Assembly (NCBI GenBank): GCA_049796515.1
Contig: JBAREU010000222.1
Location: 1-49,490 of the forward strand
DNA: 49,490 nucleotides
Direction of reading: 5' to 3'
Source of the DNA: Solirubrobacterales bacterium
GTDB taxonomy: Bacteria; Actinomycetota; Thermoleophilia; Solirubrobacterales; 70-9
Shown here piece after piece: positions 8,851 through 18,379 of the stretch. Every line of letters starts with the position of its first letter. Position 1 is the first letter of the stretch. The position numbers and the translations under genes were made by a program. Below the pieces are notes generated by a model that was given only the letters and a program-made list of their open reading frames with translations, was not told the DNA's origin and did no database searches.

Positions 8851-8871
8851 CGCGACCCAGGGTCGCGTCAG
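8847..8871. terminator. Bidirectional hairpin between the SDR gene and lexA, embedding both stop codons
   Basis: CTGACGCGAC-CCAGG-GTCGCGTCAG, a 10-bp perfect stem. It overlaps TGA 8848-8850 (+) and the lexA stop at 8868-8870 (-). Confidence 0.5.
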
Positions 8872-9485
8872 GAAACCTTTCGCACAACCCCGATAACCCG
8901 GCCGAGAACGGAGACCTCGGCGCTGCGGATCGGCTCCATGCTGTCGTTCTCGGGCTGCAGGCGGATGTGGTCGGATTCGCGGAAGAAGCGCTTGACGGTC
9001 GCATCGTCGCCGAGCAAAGCGACGACGATCTCGCCGTCAGTCGCATCCTCGGTGGGCCGGACCACGACGTAGTCGCCGCCGAAGATTCCGGCTTCCTTCA
9101 TGCTTTCGCCACGCACCCGGAGGACGTAGTCGCCCTCCTCGCCGCCGATCACGTCGGGGATCTCGATGTATTCCTCGATGTTCTCCTCGGCGAGGATCGG
9201 TGCGCCGGCGGCGACATGGCCGACCAGCGGCAGCCCAGAGCCCTCGGGCAGGATCGTCTTCTTCGCCCTGTCGAAGAGCAGCTCGATCGCCCGCGGCTTC
9301 GCGGGATCGCGGCGCAGCAAGCCAATCTTCTCCAGATTGGCGAGATGGGCGTGCACAGTCGAAGAGGAGTGAAGGCCGACGGCTTTGCCGATCTCGCGCA
9401 CAGTCGGCGGGTAGCCGGTCTTGGCCGCATAGCGGCGGATGAAGTCGAAGATCTCCTTCTGCCTCTTGGTCAGGTCCAAGTCCAC
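8868..9485 (-). CDS. lexA: LexA repressor (SOS regulator, S24 peptidase)
   Basis: LTKRQKEIFDFIRRYAAKTGYPPTVREIG wHTH, AG cleavage region VAAGAPILAEE, and catalytic RGESM...KRF. The preferred start is GTG 9485, about 8 nt downstream of GAGGAGGA. The ORF-track start at 9572 would overlap the SOS box. Confidence 0.9.
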   Translation of the reverse strand: MDLDLTKRQKEIFDFIRRYAAKTGYPPTVREIGKAVGLHSSSTVHAHLANLEKIGLLRRDPAKPRAIELLFDRAKKTILPEGSGLPLVGHVAAGAPILAEENIEEYIEIPDVIGGEEGDYVLRVRGESMKEAGIFGGDYVVVRPTEDATDGEIVVALLGDDATVKRFFRESDHIRLQPENDSMEPIRSAEVSVLGRVIGVVRKVS

Positions 9486-9522
9486 CAAGCGATCCTCCTC
9501 ATCAGCAAACAAGCGCAGACGT

Positions 9523-9538
9523 TCGAACACTTGTTCGC
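9523..9538. promoter_or_regulatory. SOS box (actinobacterial/Gram-positive type TCGAAC-N4-GTTCGN) upstream of lexA
   Basis: TCGAACACTTGTTCGC lies about 40 nt upstream of the proposed lexA start. It matches the TCGAAC-N4-GTTCGA consensus at 11 of 12 positions. Confidence 0.75.
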
Positions 9539-9636
9539 AGACTAGCGCCCCTCCCGGACGGGCGCAAGCCAAAGCCCCAACCGCAATAGACGCCCCGCCC
9601 CACCGCCGCCAACCATCTAGAATCGGCGACCCTCGA

Positions 9637-9722
9637 GCGGCTGTGGCGGAACTGGTAGACGCGCAAGGTTGAGGGCCTTGTGCCCCTAACGGGGCGTGGA
9701 GGTTCGACTCCTCTCAGCCGCA
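9637..9722 (+). tRNA. tRNA-Leu (anticodon GAG), class II with long variable arm; no encoded CCA
   Basis: Acceptor GCGGCTG/CAGCCGC, anticodon stem CAAGG/CCTTG with loop TTGAGGG, variable arm GCCCC-TAAC-GGGGC, T arm GGAGG-TTCGACT-CCTCT, discriminator A. Confidence 0.9.
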
Positions 9723-9744
9723 TAAGAAGCTCCTGCAAAGAGGA
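9669..9744 (+). repeat. att core, copy 1 of a perfect 76-bp direct repeat (anticodon loop to 22 nt past the tRNA 3' end)
   Basis: Base-for-base identical to 22828-22903. Confidence 0.9.
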
Positions 9745-9968
9745 ACGTTTCGAGCAAAACCAGGCATCGCCCGCCGTACTGAGTCGCGGTCCATTGCGGA
9801 CCATTTCGGCAGCAATGGGACGTACCTCGGCTTCTCTACGGAGTGCCCCAGGCGTGGACGGGAGGTTCCCCCGCGCAGGAGAAGACCGCCGGTTTTGTTC
9901 CGATGAACCCCACAATGCGGCTGGAAGGAACTCAAATCCCCCCCGTGAGGCACGCGAAAGGAGGAGGA

Positions 9969-11222
9969 ATGAGAGAAGCGACGAGGCGCGCGCATGGGAC
10001 GGGCACCCTCTATGCCCAAAGGAGGGCGAACGGCCGCGAGGTCTGGTACGGCCGCTGGTATCTGGGCGAACGCCGGGTCAACCGCCGTCTGGGGCCAAAG
10101 CGCCGGCGCGGAACCGGCCACGGCCTGAACCGCACCCAGGCCGAGGCCGAGCTGCGCCGCCTGATGGTTCGCGAGCGACCGCCGGCGAGGGGCTCGACCT
10201 TGCCGTTTTCGAGCGTCGTGGAGCTGATGCTCCGCGATCTCGAAGCGCTCGAACGCAAGCCGACCACCCTCGACAACTACCAGGCGATTCTCCGCGCCCA
10301 CCTCCTGCCGCGATTCGGCGAGCTTTCCGTCAACCGTGTGAGGAAGAAAGATGTCGAGGAGTTCATGGCCGCTCTGACGCAGGCCGGACTGGCGGCGCGC
10401 ACGCGCTCGGGCATCTTCAAGCTGCTCTCTCAGGTCTTCAACTTCGCCGTGCGCCACGGCTGGTGCGAGGAGAACCCGTGCCGCTCGGTGCGCCGCCCGC
10501 GGGTTCGGGAGTGCTCGGAGATACGGTTCCTGAACCAGCAGGAGCTCGACGCCCTGATCGCGTCGATCGACGTATCCGCAGTGCCCTTCGGGTCCGCCGA
10601 CCGGGCGATCTTCCTCACCGCCGCGATGACCGGCATGCGCCAAGGGGAGCTGCTCGCGCTGCGCTGGCGCGACGTCGACTGGCAGGCGAAGCGAATCCGG
10701 GTCCGCCGCAACTACACCCGAGGGCACTGGTCGACGCCGAAGTCGCGCAGCGGCGAACGCTCGGTTCCGCTTTCGAGCAAGGTCGAAGCGGAGCTGAGGG
10801 CCCATCTGGGGCGATCTCGGTTCGCGGGCGAGGACGACCTGGTCTTCGCCAACCCGCTGAGCGGCGAAGTGCTTCCCCACGGCCCACTCGTGCGTCGCTT
10901 CAAGAAGGCGCTGAAGGCGGCCGGCGTACGGCAGGTCCGCTTCCACGATCTGCGCCACACCTTCGGGACCAGGATCGCCGCCGCCGGAGTGCCGATGCGA
11001 GTCCTGCAGGCGTGGATGGGCCACCGCGACTACCGGACCACCCTGATCTATGCCGACTACGAACCAGGGGACGAAGAGAGCGGACTCGTAGATGCCGCCT
11101 TCTCCAGCCCCCTCAGGCAGAAGGTAAATCCCCGCTTCCGGATCAGCTGGCGCCTTTCGCAACTGAGGGACTCATTGGCAACCGGCAGGAGAGAGCCGGG
11201 ACCTGCGATACCCCACCCCTGA
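9969..11222 (+). CDS. Tyrosine recombinase / phage-type integrase (island 1)
   Basis: ATG 9969 is preceded by AAAGGAGGAGGA. C-terminal catalytic motifs are TGMRQGELLALRWRDVD, FHDLRHTF and WMGHRDYRTTLIYADY. The upstream extension to 9843 is rejected. Confidence 0.9.
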   Translation: MREATRRAHGTGTLYAQRRANGREVWYGRWYLGERRVNRRLGPKRRRGTGHGLNRTQAEAELRRLMVRERPPARGSTLPFSSVVELMLRDLEALERKPTTLDNYQAILRAHLLPRFGELSVNRVRKKDVEEFMAALTQAGLAARTRSGIFKLLSQVFNFAVRHGWCEENPCRSVRRPRVRECSEIRFLNQQELDALIASIDVSAVPFGSADRAIFLTAAMTGMRQGELLALRWRDVDWQAKRIRVRRNYTRGHWSTPKSRSGERSVPLSSKVEAELRAHLGRSRFAGEDDLVFANPLSGEVLPHGPLVRRFKKALKAAGVRQVRFHDLRHTFGTRIAAAGVPMRVLQAWMGHRDYRTTLIYADYEPGDEESGLVDAAFSSPLRQKVNPRFRISWRLSQLRDSLATGRREPGPAIPHP

Positions 11223-11386
11223 CCCGTCCGGCGACCCGCCACATCTTGATCTCCGGCGACTGAGCGACTCTCGTTACTTAGATGGCTCGGGCGCCCCCGA
11301 CACGAATTGCGCCATCAAGTGAATTCATATGCTCCCAAGGAGGCTTGCGAATCCGACGCCGAGAACTGGCATTACGTAGCCGAGCA

Positions 11387-14185
11387 TCAGCGTTCGCGCA
11401 ATGCCTCGGCGGCCGCGTCTCTGACTGCCGCCGAGCGATGCTGGCCTAGACGCAGAAGAGCTGGCTTGATTTGATCACTCCGCCACTCCACGCCGACCAG
11501 CGCCATCGCTAACGCGAGCGGAACGCTCCTGCCCGGATCGCTGAGACAGGCTTCAAAGGCACCCGTGAATCCACCACCCTCCTCGCCGGCGGCGATCAGG
11601 TGGGCGACCCCACCTGCGGCAGTAGCCCGGACCCGGGGGTCGCCGTCCCGGGTGAGCGCAATAAGGACGCCTTTGTGCTCTGCGCTGGGGAGTTGGGCTG
11701 CGAGAAGTGCCGCGTAGTTGCGTTCCTGACCATCGCCACCGAGCAACTTCACAAGTCGAGGATCGGGGTTCTCCAGGGCACCGAGCGATGCGGCAAGCAC
11801 CGTTCCCGAAGCCATCAGGTCGCAGTCGTGACTCAGTTCGAAAGGACTCGGTTCGATCTCGCCGGCGCTCATCGCACCGGCGATCGAGGCGAGTCGCCCG
11901 GCTATCTCATCTGAGATCTGCGCTCCCCGCCAGGCGAGGGTGAGCAACGCCCCGCGTTTCAGCCTGACCGGAACGGCGGGCTCAGCCAGCAGTTCGAGCA
12001 GCGGATCCCAGGCTGCGAAGTCGGGGTGCCAGGCGTTAAGAGTGGCGAGATCCCGAGCGAGATCACCGGCGCCGATTCCCACCGAGCCGCCCCTCGCGTC
12101 CTCGATGATCTTCCTTGCTCGTTCTCCGAGCTCCTTCGTGGCCGCTCGCGCCACGCCCTCTGGAAGCTCGCGGGCTGCCCCCAGCCCCCAGAGCCCGTCA
12201 ACGCGGCCGGCTTCGGCCTCTGCCACGAGCTGCTCGCGGGCCTGCTCATCCCCGTAGCGCGCCGCAGATCCGACCAGGATCCGCCCCAGCGAGCCCCCAT
12301 GGCGCTCGCTCGCCTCGCGGGCTGCGCTGGCCAAGGAGTCGTCCCAAGTGCCGGCCGACACAGCGCTGACCACTCTCGACCAGGCGTCTTCGACCAACTG
12401 GTTCTCCCCAAGCGGATCGAGCTCGAGCACACGCTCCAAGACGTGGCGCTGGGTCTCCTTCTCGGTGGCCGCGGTGATGCCCGCCAAGGCATCCACCAGC
12501 TGCAAGTCCACCAGGTAGTGCGGTGAAGTCCTGGCAACGAACTCCCCCGGGTCCTCGATCGCCTGCAGTAGCCAGGAGGCCAGCCGCTCGGCCGCCTCGG
12601 GGTCGGCAAGATCACCGCCGAGCTCGACGAAGGTCAGGTCGGAAAGCGCGGTGGTGCGGGTGGAGAGCTCGGGCCGAACTCCAGCCAGAGCTACCGTAAT
12701 CGCCTCGCAGGGGCCTTGTGCGCGAACGTGAGGCAGGGCGAGCTTAAGACCCTTCTCATCGCCGGCGACCCTCAGCGTGGTTAGGCCAGAGGCGAGGGCC
12801 TCGGGATCAGCGTCTTTGCCGAGGCGGTGCAGTTCGTCGCGCCCGACAAGCGCACAAAGGCCGCGCCAGCCGGCTTGGTCGCCGCAGTGGCTCGCCTCGA
12901 CCGCTGCTGCGAAGAGTCGGTTGTGGGCATCGTCTTCGCTGCTCCACTTCATGCGCGGGTCGTGAGCCCAGTCGTCCTCGAAGCTGCGCTCGAAGACATC
13001 GGCCAGCCCGTTCCTGACCGTTTGGGATCGCCACCAGCCCGTCGGGGTGTCGGTGGCCTTGATCAGCTCCCGAAAATCTCGGTCTTCCCAATGGGAGAGA
13101 TTGAAGACCAGTGCGACAGCCGATGCAGCGATCGCGGTGGCGGTGACGTCTTTGCGCGCCAAAGAGGGTAGGTTCGCGAGCCCCTCCGCCTCAGCCTTAG
13201 CCTCCTCGCGCCTCCCAAGCTCGGCGAGCGCTCGGGCACGCTGGAGCCGAAGCCAAGCGTCATCGACCGTGGCCGCCTCGTCGCGTTCGATCTCTGCTTC
13301 CAGAACCGCCAATGCATCCTCGGGCCTGCCGGCGCCGGTCGCCAGGCTTGCCAGGGCGACCGCTGCGACCACGCGCTCCTCACTTCGCTCGGTTTCGCGC
13401 AGGACCTCTCGCAGGGGGACGTCCTCGTTCTCCCACATCCTCCTCCAGAAGGCGCCCACGAAGCGCCACCTCCATTGCGCATCCTCCAGAGCGGCATCCA
13501 GACCCGGGACCTCCTCCTGCTCTTCGGCATAGCGGTTCAGCTCGGTGATCCGCATCTGGGCCACCATCGCCAGCGCCTGCTCTGGCGTCAGGCTGCCCGA
13601 GCCCAGGTTGGGATGAGGAGCGATCAGCCGTGGCGCCAGCAAGGCGAACCGGAGCCTGTCGGGCGGAGGGATCTCCAGGTCGCCGCCCCAACTTCCTTCT
13701 AGCGAGGGCACCGAGCCGAAGCTCGCCGCCACCGCCAGCAGGTCCTCCTGATGCTCGGCGTCGACGGTCTGCGAGGCTGGAACGAAGATTTTCGACCCTT
13801 TGCCGGTGGAGCGGATCGCCGAGGGCGTGACGTGCTCCCAATAGGTGTCGTGCGTCTCCTCGTTATGGAGGACGATGAGCTGGGGAGCCAGGAGTCGTGC
13901 CCAGTTGCCTAGCTCGGTGTCGTCGTCATCGACATACCACCAACCGGTCACCTCCCCGCTCTCGTCCCTCTTGGGCCTCTTGAAGTAGCTGCGGTCCCCG
14001 GTTTTGACCTGAACGCCCATGTACATGCCGAGCTCGAAGCGGCGCTCATCGCGGGGGGAGGCGACGAAGTCGGTGCCGTTGTCGTGATCTGGGTTAGGCA
14101 TGACCGCCCAACCGAGGTACTCGAACTTCGACCTGACCTCGCTCTGTCCGCCCGATCCCTTCGCCTCGGTCTCTCCTGCCCGCAT
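11387..14185 (-). CDS. Large DUF4365 (PD-(D/E)xK-like nuclease) N-terminal domain protein with long TPR/HEAT-like helical-repeat body
   Basis: The N-terminus SEVRSKFEYLGWAVMPNPDHDNGTDFVA...MGVQVKTG fits the DUF4365 pattern. The rest is all-alpha with HEAT-like ends (DPRVRATAAGGVAHL, SAAVRDAAAEALRE). No P-loop was seen. The start could instead be TTG 14305. Confidence 0.55.
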   Translation of the reverse strand: MRAGETEAKGSGGQSEVRSKFEYLGWAVMPNPDHDNGTDFVASPRDERRFELGMYMGVQVKTGDRSYFKRPKRDESGEVTGWWYVDDDDTELGNWARLLAPQLIVLHNEETHDTYWEHVTPSAIRSTGKGSKIFVPASQTVDAEHQEDLLAVAASFGSVPSLEGSWGGDLEIPPPDRLRFALLAPRLIAPHPNLGSGSLTPEQALAMVAQMRITELNRYAEEQEEVPGLDAALEDAQWRWRFVGAFWRRMWENEDVPLREVLRETERSEERVVAAVALASLATGAGRPEDALAVLEAEIERDEAATVDDAWLRLQRARALAELGRREEAKAEAEGLANLPSLARKDVTATAIAASAVALVFNLSHWEDRDFRELIKATDTPTGWWRSQTVRNGLADVFERSFEDDWAHDPRMKWSSEDDAHNRLFAAAVEASHCGDQAGWRGLCALVGRDELHRLGKDADPEALASGLTTLRVAGDEKGLKLALPHVRAQGPCEAITVALAGVRPELSTRTTALSDLTFVELGGDLADPEAAERLASWLLQAIEDPGEFVARTSPHYLVDLQLVDALAGITAATEKETQRHVLERVLELDPLGENQLVEDAWSRVVSAVSAGTWDDSLASAAREASERHGGSLGRILVGSAARYGDEQAREQLVAEAEAGRVDGLWGLGAARELPEGVARAATKELGERARKIIEDARGGSVGIGAGDLARDLATLNAWHPDFAAWDPLLELLAEPAVPVRLKRGALLTLAWRGAQISDEIAGRLASIAGAMSAGEIEPSPFELSHDCDLMASGTVLAASLGALENPDPRLVKLLGGDGQERNYAALLAAQLPSAEHKGVLIALTRDGDPRVRATAAGGVAHLIAAGEEGGGFTGAFEACLSDPGRSVPLALAMALVGVEWRSDQIKPALLRLGQHRSAAVRDAAAEALRER

Positions 14186-14242
14186 GGGCTCAGTGAAGCA
14201 ACAATCACCGTCCGAGTGGGGCGGCGTGGAAAATGGCAACCG

Positions 14243-16057
14243 ATGGAGGGAACGCCAGCGAATTTCAGCTTCTCCCGGGCTGTGCGCGAGTGGTGCTTCG
14301 TCCAACTGCCCCTGCTCGACGTCGCCAAGTTCCGCAAGGAGGCGAAAGCACGCGGCCTCTCAGACCTCGGCCTCTTCGATCGCGATCCCTGGGAGACGCT
14401 CGATCGGGAGGAGCTTCTCGTCCCAGTCGCCTACGCCCGTCATGGGATGTGGCACTACGACATGCTCGGCTGCCTGGCAGACGGGGACCTTGCGGTGCGC
14501 GAGGAGGTCGGCTACCGGCCCTGGGCCCAGCTGGCCGAGGAAGCAGAGGCCATCGGCCAGGATGCCGTGCCGCAGGTCCTTTACCACCACTGGCAGCTCT
14601 TCTGGCTGGCGGATTTGCAGGACTACCTGAGGCCGGCGGTGGCGTGGAGTCGGCTGGGTAAAGGGCTCGACGATTTCTATGAGGCCCGGGCAAAGATCGC
14701 CGCCGCACCGAATCCGCTCCCGCTGGCGGAGCTGCGGGCCGCGGCGGAGCGATGGCGGAGAATGGAGCTCCTGCTGGTGCGGGTGCAGAACGCCTTCTAT
14801 CCGAGCCAGCGAGGCGGGCCGGGACGGACCCGCTGGAGCGGCGGGGTGATACCCGGCTTGACCGAGGACGCAGCCGAGTGGGCGATCGAACAGGCGCGAA
14901 CGCTCGACTACGAAGCCCTGGCGGCTGAGTGCGGCGTCGATGCCGGGCAACTCGAGAAGGACTACGAACAGCTCGTCTACGCCGGTCTCCACATCGACCC
15001 TGCCTGCGGCCTGCTCGAGCTTCTCGACCAGGTCTCCAGGCAAAGCCGCGAGCGCCTGCGGGGCGACGCCCTACGTGCCCTCGACTTCTACGACGCGGCG
15101 CGCATCCTGCGTGATTGGCACCAGCGCCTGACCGGCGGCGACCCTCTCCCCGACGTCGACGAGTACCGGGGGGTGAACGGCACCGAGGTGAAGTTGCGCC
15201 GCTATGGAACGCGCGACGTCCGCGGCAACCACGCCGTCCTTCCGATCCTCCTGGAGGAACACGGCCTCTATCCGTGGCGGGTGCAGCTGATCGGTGAGGG
15301 AGCTTCTGAGATCGCCGCCTTGCGGCTGATCCTTAAGGAGGGCTATGGGTTCTCCTTCGAGAAGCTGGGGATTGCCGTCACGGACATGGGAGGCTCGGAG
15401 ATACCCAGTAACGCCGAGCTGCTGCTTACGTCCTTCCGCGGCTATGCCAACTACTTCCTGCTTGTCTTCGACAATGAGGGGCGGGCGGAAGAGCTGATTC
15501 AGACGCTGGTGCGGGCCGAAGTGATCGAGGGCACGGGCGAGAAGCAGCGCAAGGCGATCCGCGAAGAAGCGGCTCGCGCTGCGAAGCAGATCGAAGATCC
15601 GGAGGCACGGCGCACCGCCCTGCGAGCCGCATTGGACGCTGCCAATTCCCTGAGCCAGGCGCCGGGCACCGCACCAGAGTTCGTCCTATGGAAGGACAAC
15701 TTCGAGGCCGACAACTTCGCCATCGGCGAGCTGTGTCGTGTGGCGGAGCAGTTCGCAGCCGAGATCGGGCTTGAGGGCTTTGTCTTGGATTCCGACGCGC
15801 TTCATGCCGATCTCGAGGGGGGCCAGCAAGAAGGAGAGACAAAAGGCATAGCGTCCCTCGTACTGGACCAAGCCGCCGAGAAAGACTCACGGTTCTACCT
15901 CTCCAAGCCGGAATTCGCAGAGAGGCTTGCCCTCTTTGCGCTCGAGAACCCCGAGCCGCAGGAGGGCAAGCGCCGACCCATTCTTGAACTCGCAGAACAC
16001 CTCGTGCAACTCACCTGGGCAGATCGTCGTCTCGCCGGCATGTTGCGTCGCTCCTAA
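14243..16057 (+). CDS. Hypothetical protein with C-terminal Toprim/OLD-like domain
   Basis: The C-terminal half has VQLIGEGASEIAAL (EG-x-x-E), VTDMGGSE and LLVFDNEG (DxD-like) in Toprim order. The N-terminal half is unrecognised. The start is uncertain (ATG 14243 chosen, ORF open from 14084). Confidence 0.45.
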   Translation: MEGTPANFSFSRAVREWCFVQLPLLDVAKFRKEAKARGLSDLGLFDRDPWETLDREELLVPVAYARHGMWHYDMLGCLADGDLAVREEVGYRPWAQLAEEAEAIGQDAVPQVLYHHWQLFWLADLQDYLRPAVAWSRLGKGLDDFYEARAKIAAAPNPLPLAELRAAAERWRRMELLLVRVQNAFYPSQRGGPGRTRWSGGVIPGLTEDAAEWAIEQARTLDYEALAAECGVDAGQLEKDYEQLVYAGLHIDPACGLLELLDQVSRQSRERLRGDALRALDFYDAARILRDWHQRLTGGDPLPDVDEYRGVNGTEVKLRRYGTRDVRGNHAVLPILLEEHGLYPWRVQLIGEGASEIAALRLILKEGYGFSFEKLGIAVTDMGGSEIPSNAELLLTSFRGYANYFLLVFDNEGRAEELIQTLVRAEVIEGTGEKQRKAIREEAARAAKQIEDPEARRTALRAALDAANSLSQAPGTAPEFVLWKDNFEADNFAIGELCRVAEQFAAEIGLEGFVLDSDALHADLEGGQQEGETKGIASLVLDQAAEKDSRFYLSKPEFAERLALFALENPEPQEGKRRPILELAEHLVQLTWADRRLAGMLRRS

Positions 16058-16122
16058 CGGGCCCCTGCTGCTCACGGCAACCCCCAGTCCGATGCGCAAC
16101 GCCTCACGGTGCCTGAGAGTTC

Positions 16123-17244
16123 TTACCGCGGCAGGTCCTGCCACGCCTCCAGGCCAGCCGCGCGGGCAAGCTCGTTGACGGCTTGATGAGCAACCTCAGA
16201 AAGCTCGTCTTTGTCGGGCGGGAGAGTCACCTCAATGCCGATTTGGATGTGATCGCTGGGCACCAATCCACTGCCAGCGCGTTGATGCGTAAGCCCGACT
16301 CCCTCAAAGCCCCGAACCAAGACATGGCCAATTGCCCGTCCCTGTGCTCCGAGCCCTCGAAAGAGCTTGGCAGCGGCAACGAGCAACAACCCGATCGTCT
16401 CTTCGAGCAACTCGGGCCGAATCGTGGTCGACTGAGCATCGGGGAACTCAATCCGGGTGGCGAGGATCCCCCCTGCATCGGCGATCACCGAAGTTCGTCC
16501 CTCCATCCCCACTTGCGTGGTCGTGAACGTAAACCCGCGCTGGTCAAATCTGCCCTCGCTCACCCGATGGGCAGGATTGGGTGGAGTCGGAGCGTCGAAT
16601 AACTCCCGCGAGGCCTCCCGTGCTTCACGTCCAAACTGGATCGCTAGGAGTCGGTCGGCGAATCCCTCCGGTCGGGTGAGGGGAGCGAGCCGAACGACGA
16701 ACTGGCGAGGGACAGGCGTCAGGTCGAGGGTTTTCGTTTCGCGGGGGGCGGGCTCGATCTGGCTTAGGGCATAGGGCAGGGAGTGCAGACGCTCGCGAGC
16801 ATCGCGGCGTGCCTGCTCGCCGCGCTTCGCCAACTCCAACAACTCGGCGTGCGACTGAATGCGACGCAGCCCGCCTGGCTCTCGAATCGGAACCGAGCCG
16901 TCGCCAATCACGATGTGAGGCGTGTCGGCTGACTCGAGCACCCTGATCACCCCGATATTTACACCGTCGAGCTCGCGGACATCCGCCGCAAACGGCGGGA
17001 GGGGATCAACCTGGCGGCTCACTTTATGGCGGAGCTTGTCGGTGAAGTCTCCCGCCCCCGGCTCATAGCCTTTAAGTACACCCTCATCAGCGACACCCAC
17101 CAGAAGCCAACCGCCCAGGGTGTTCGCAAAGGACGCCATCGCGGGCCCGAAACCGCCCTTCGGCTCTTGCTGCTTTCGCTCGACAAAGAGAGACTCCCCC
17201 TCAGCGACAAGGCGGCGAAGTGACTCCTCATCGAGGTCTGCCAT
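16123..17244 (-). CDS. AlbA_2 / Schlafen-like DNA-binding domain protein
   Basis: The N-terminus ESLFVERKQQ...MASFANTLGGWLLVGVADEGVLKGY matches the AlbA_2 (divergent AAA/Schlafen) signature. About 200 C-terminal aa are unassigned. The start is taken at ATG 17244. Confidence 0.6.
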   Translation of the reverse strand: MADLDEESLRRLVAEGESLFVERKQQEPKGGFGPAMASFANTLGGWLLVGVADEGVLKGYEPGAGDFTDKLRHKVSRQVDPLPPFAADVRELDGVNIGVIRVLESADTPHIVIGDGSVPIREPGGLRRIQSHAELLELAKRGEQARRDARERLHSLPYALSQIEPAPRETKTLDLTPVPRQFVVRLAPLTRPEGFADRLLAIQFGREAREASRELFDAPTPPNPAHRVSEGRFDQRGFTFTTTQVGMEGRTSVIADAGGILATRIEFPDAQSTTIRPELLEETIGLLLVAAAKLFRGLGAQGRAIGHVLVRGFEGVGLTHQRAGSGLVPSDHIQIGIEVTLPPDKDELSEVAHQAVNELARAAGLEAWQDLPR

Positions 17245-17350
17245 CGACAGTCGGCGAAAGCTCACGTCCGTCACCACCCGAGCATTCCAGAATGGGTGGT
17301 TCGACGACTCCGAAGGGAGGATGAAACGGCGACTGGAGGCGATCAGGTGG

Positions 17351-18379
17351 TCAGATCTGTAGCGGCGGCTCCCGCGAGCCCGTCGGATCAACCAGACCGA
17401 GCAGGATATCGTCGGAGCCCTGAAAGTGGTCGATGAAACGCCCGAGATCCCAGCACTGCCACTCCGGCGCCACTTCTGCGCCTCGGACTTGTTCGCGTAG
17501 GCACGACATCACAGCTCCCGAGAGGACATCTGCCAACTGCACTGCGACGCATTCGCGCGAGTCGACCGTTTCGATCTCCTCTCTGTAAAGCGGGTACTCG
17601 AAGTGGACTTCGCCAACGTCGAAAGCGGCGGGTTCGATCTCTCGGCTCGAGAAACGCAGCAACAACTCGTGCCAGCGCCGAACGACATTCGAGTCATCGT
17701 GGATGACCCGGAACGGCTCGCGAAGGCGCTGGGACCAGTGGTGCAGTTGCTCGACGAGACCCGTCAGCGCCGGCTCGAGCGCATCCCTTCCAGCGTCCAC
17801 GAGCTCGGCGAGCGAGGCCGCCTCATCCGGGACGGGCTCGAAGAGGATCCCGACGGGCTGGCCCGCCGCAGAGACCTTCACCGCAGCGCGGGCACTAACC
17901 AGCTCGGTGATCCGCTCCTCTCGCTCGGGTCGGCGCACGGCGGCAATAAATGCCTCCTGCCAACGCCTCCAGATCTTCTCGCCCGCCTCCTCGGGCCCTT
18001 GACGCTGCAGGACAGAGGCGATTTGGCGGTGCATGCCCGAGGCGTAGAAGTGGTGGGTGCTCGCCGTGGCGGGCTCCCAAAGAAGATCGACCATCTTTCC
18101 GGCGACCATCCAGTCCTTATCGACGGGGACGACGCGGGCGCTCTGGGGGTCCAACAGTCCCGACTCGAAGATCTCCGCCAGGATTTGCCGTCCCATCCGG
18201 CTCGTCCGCAACCGGGAGAACTTGAGCTCGGCGTAGGAGGTGCCGTCGAGCAGCGCGGAGACTGGACCAGCCACCTCCACCTCCGGTCGCGCCACCGAGG
18301 CCAGGGTGCAGATCGGCTGAGTAGGGTCAAGGAGGTTCTCGCCGCTGTTGCCACTCTCGTTGAAGGCGACCTCGATCAT
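17351..18379 (-). CDS. DUF3800-like protein
   Basis: N-terminal IEVAFNESGNSGE (DESG-like) and C-terminal VQLADVLSGAV motifs in the DUF3800 arrangement. Confidence 0.5.
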   Translation of the reverse strand: MIEVAFNESGNSGENLLDPTQPICTLASVARPEVEVAGPVSALLDGTSYAELKFSRLRTSRMGRQILAEIFESGLLDPQSARVVPVDKDWMVAGKMVDLLWEPATASTHHFYASGMHRQIASVLQRQGPEEAGEKIWRRWQEAFIAAVRRPEREERITELVSARAAVKVSAAGQPVGILFEPVPDEAASLAELVDAGRDALEPALTGLVEQLHHWSQRLREPFRVIHDDSNVVRRWHELLLRFSSREIEPAAFDVGEVHFEYPLYREEIETVDSRECVAVQLADVLSGAVMSCLREQVRGAEVAPEWQCWDLGRFIDHFQGSDDILLGLVDPTGSREPPLQI

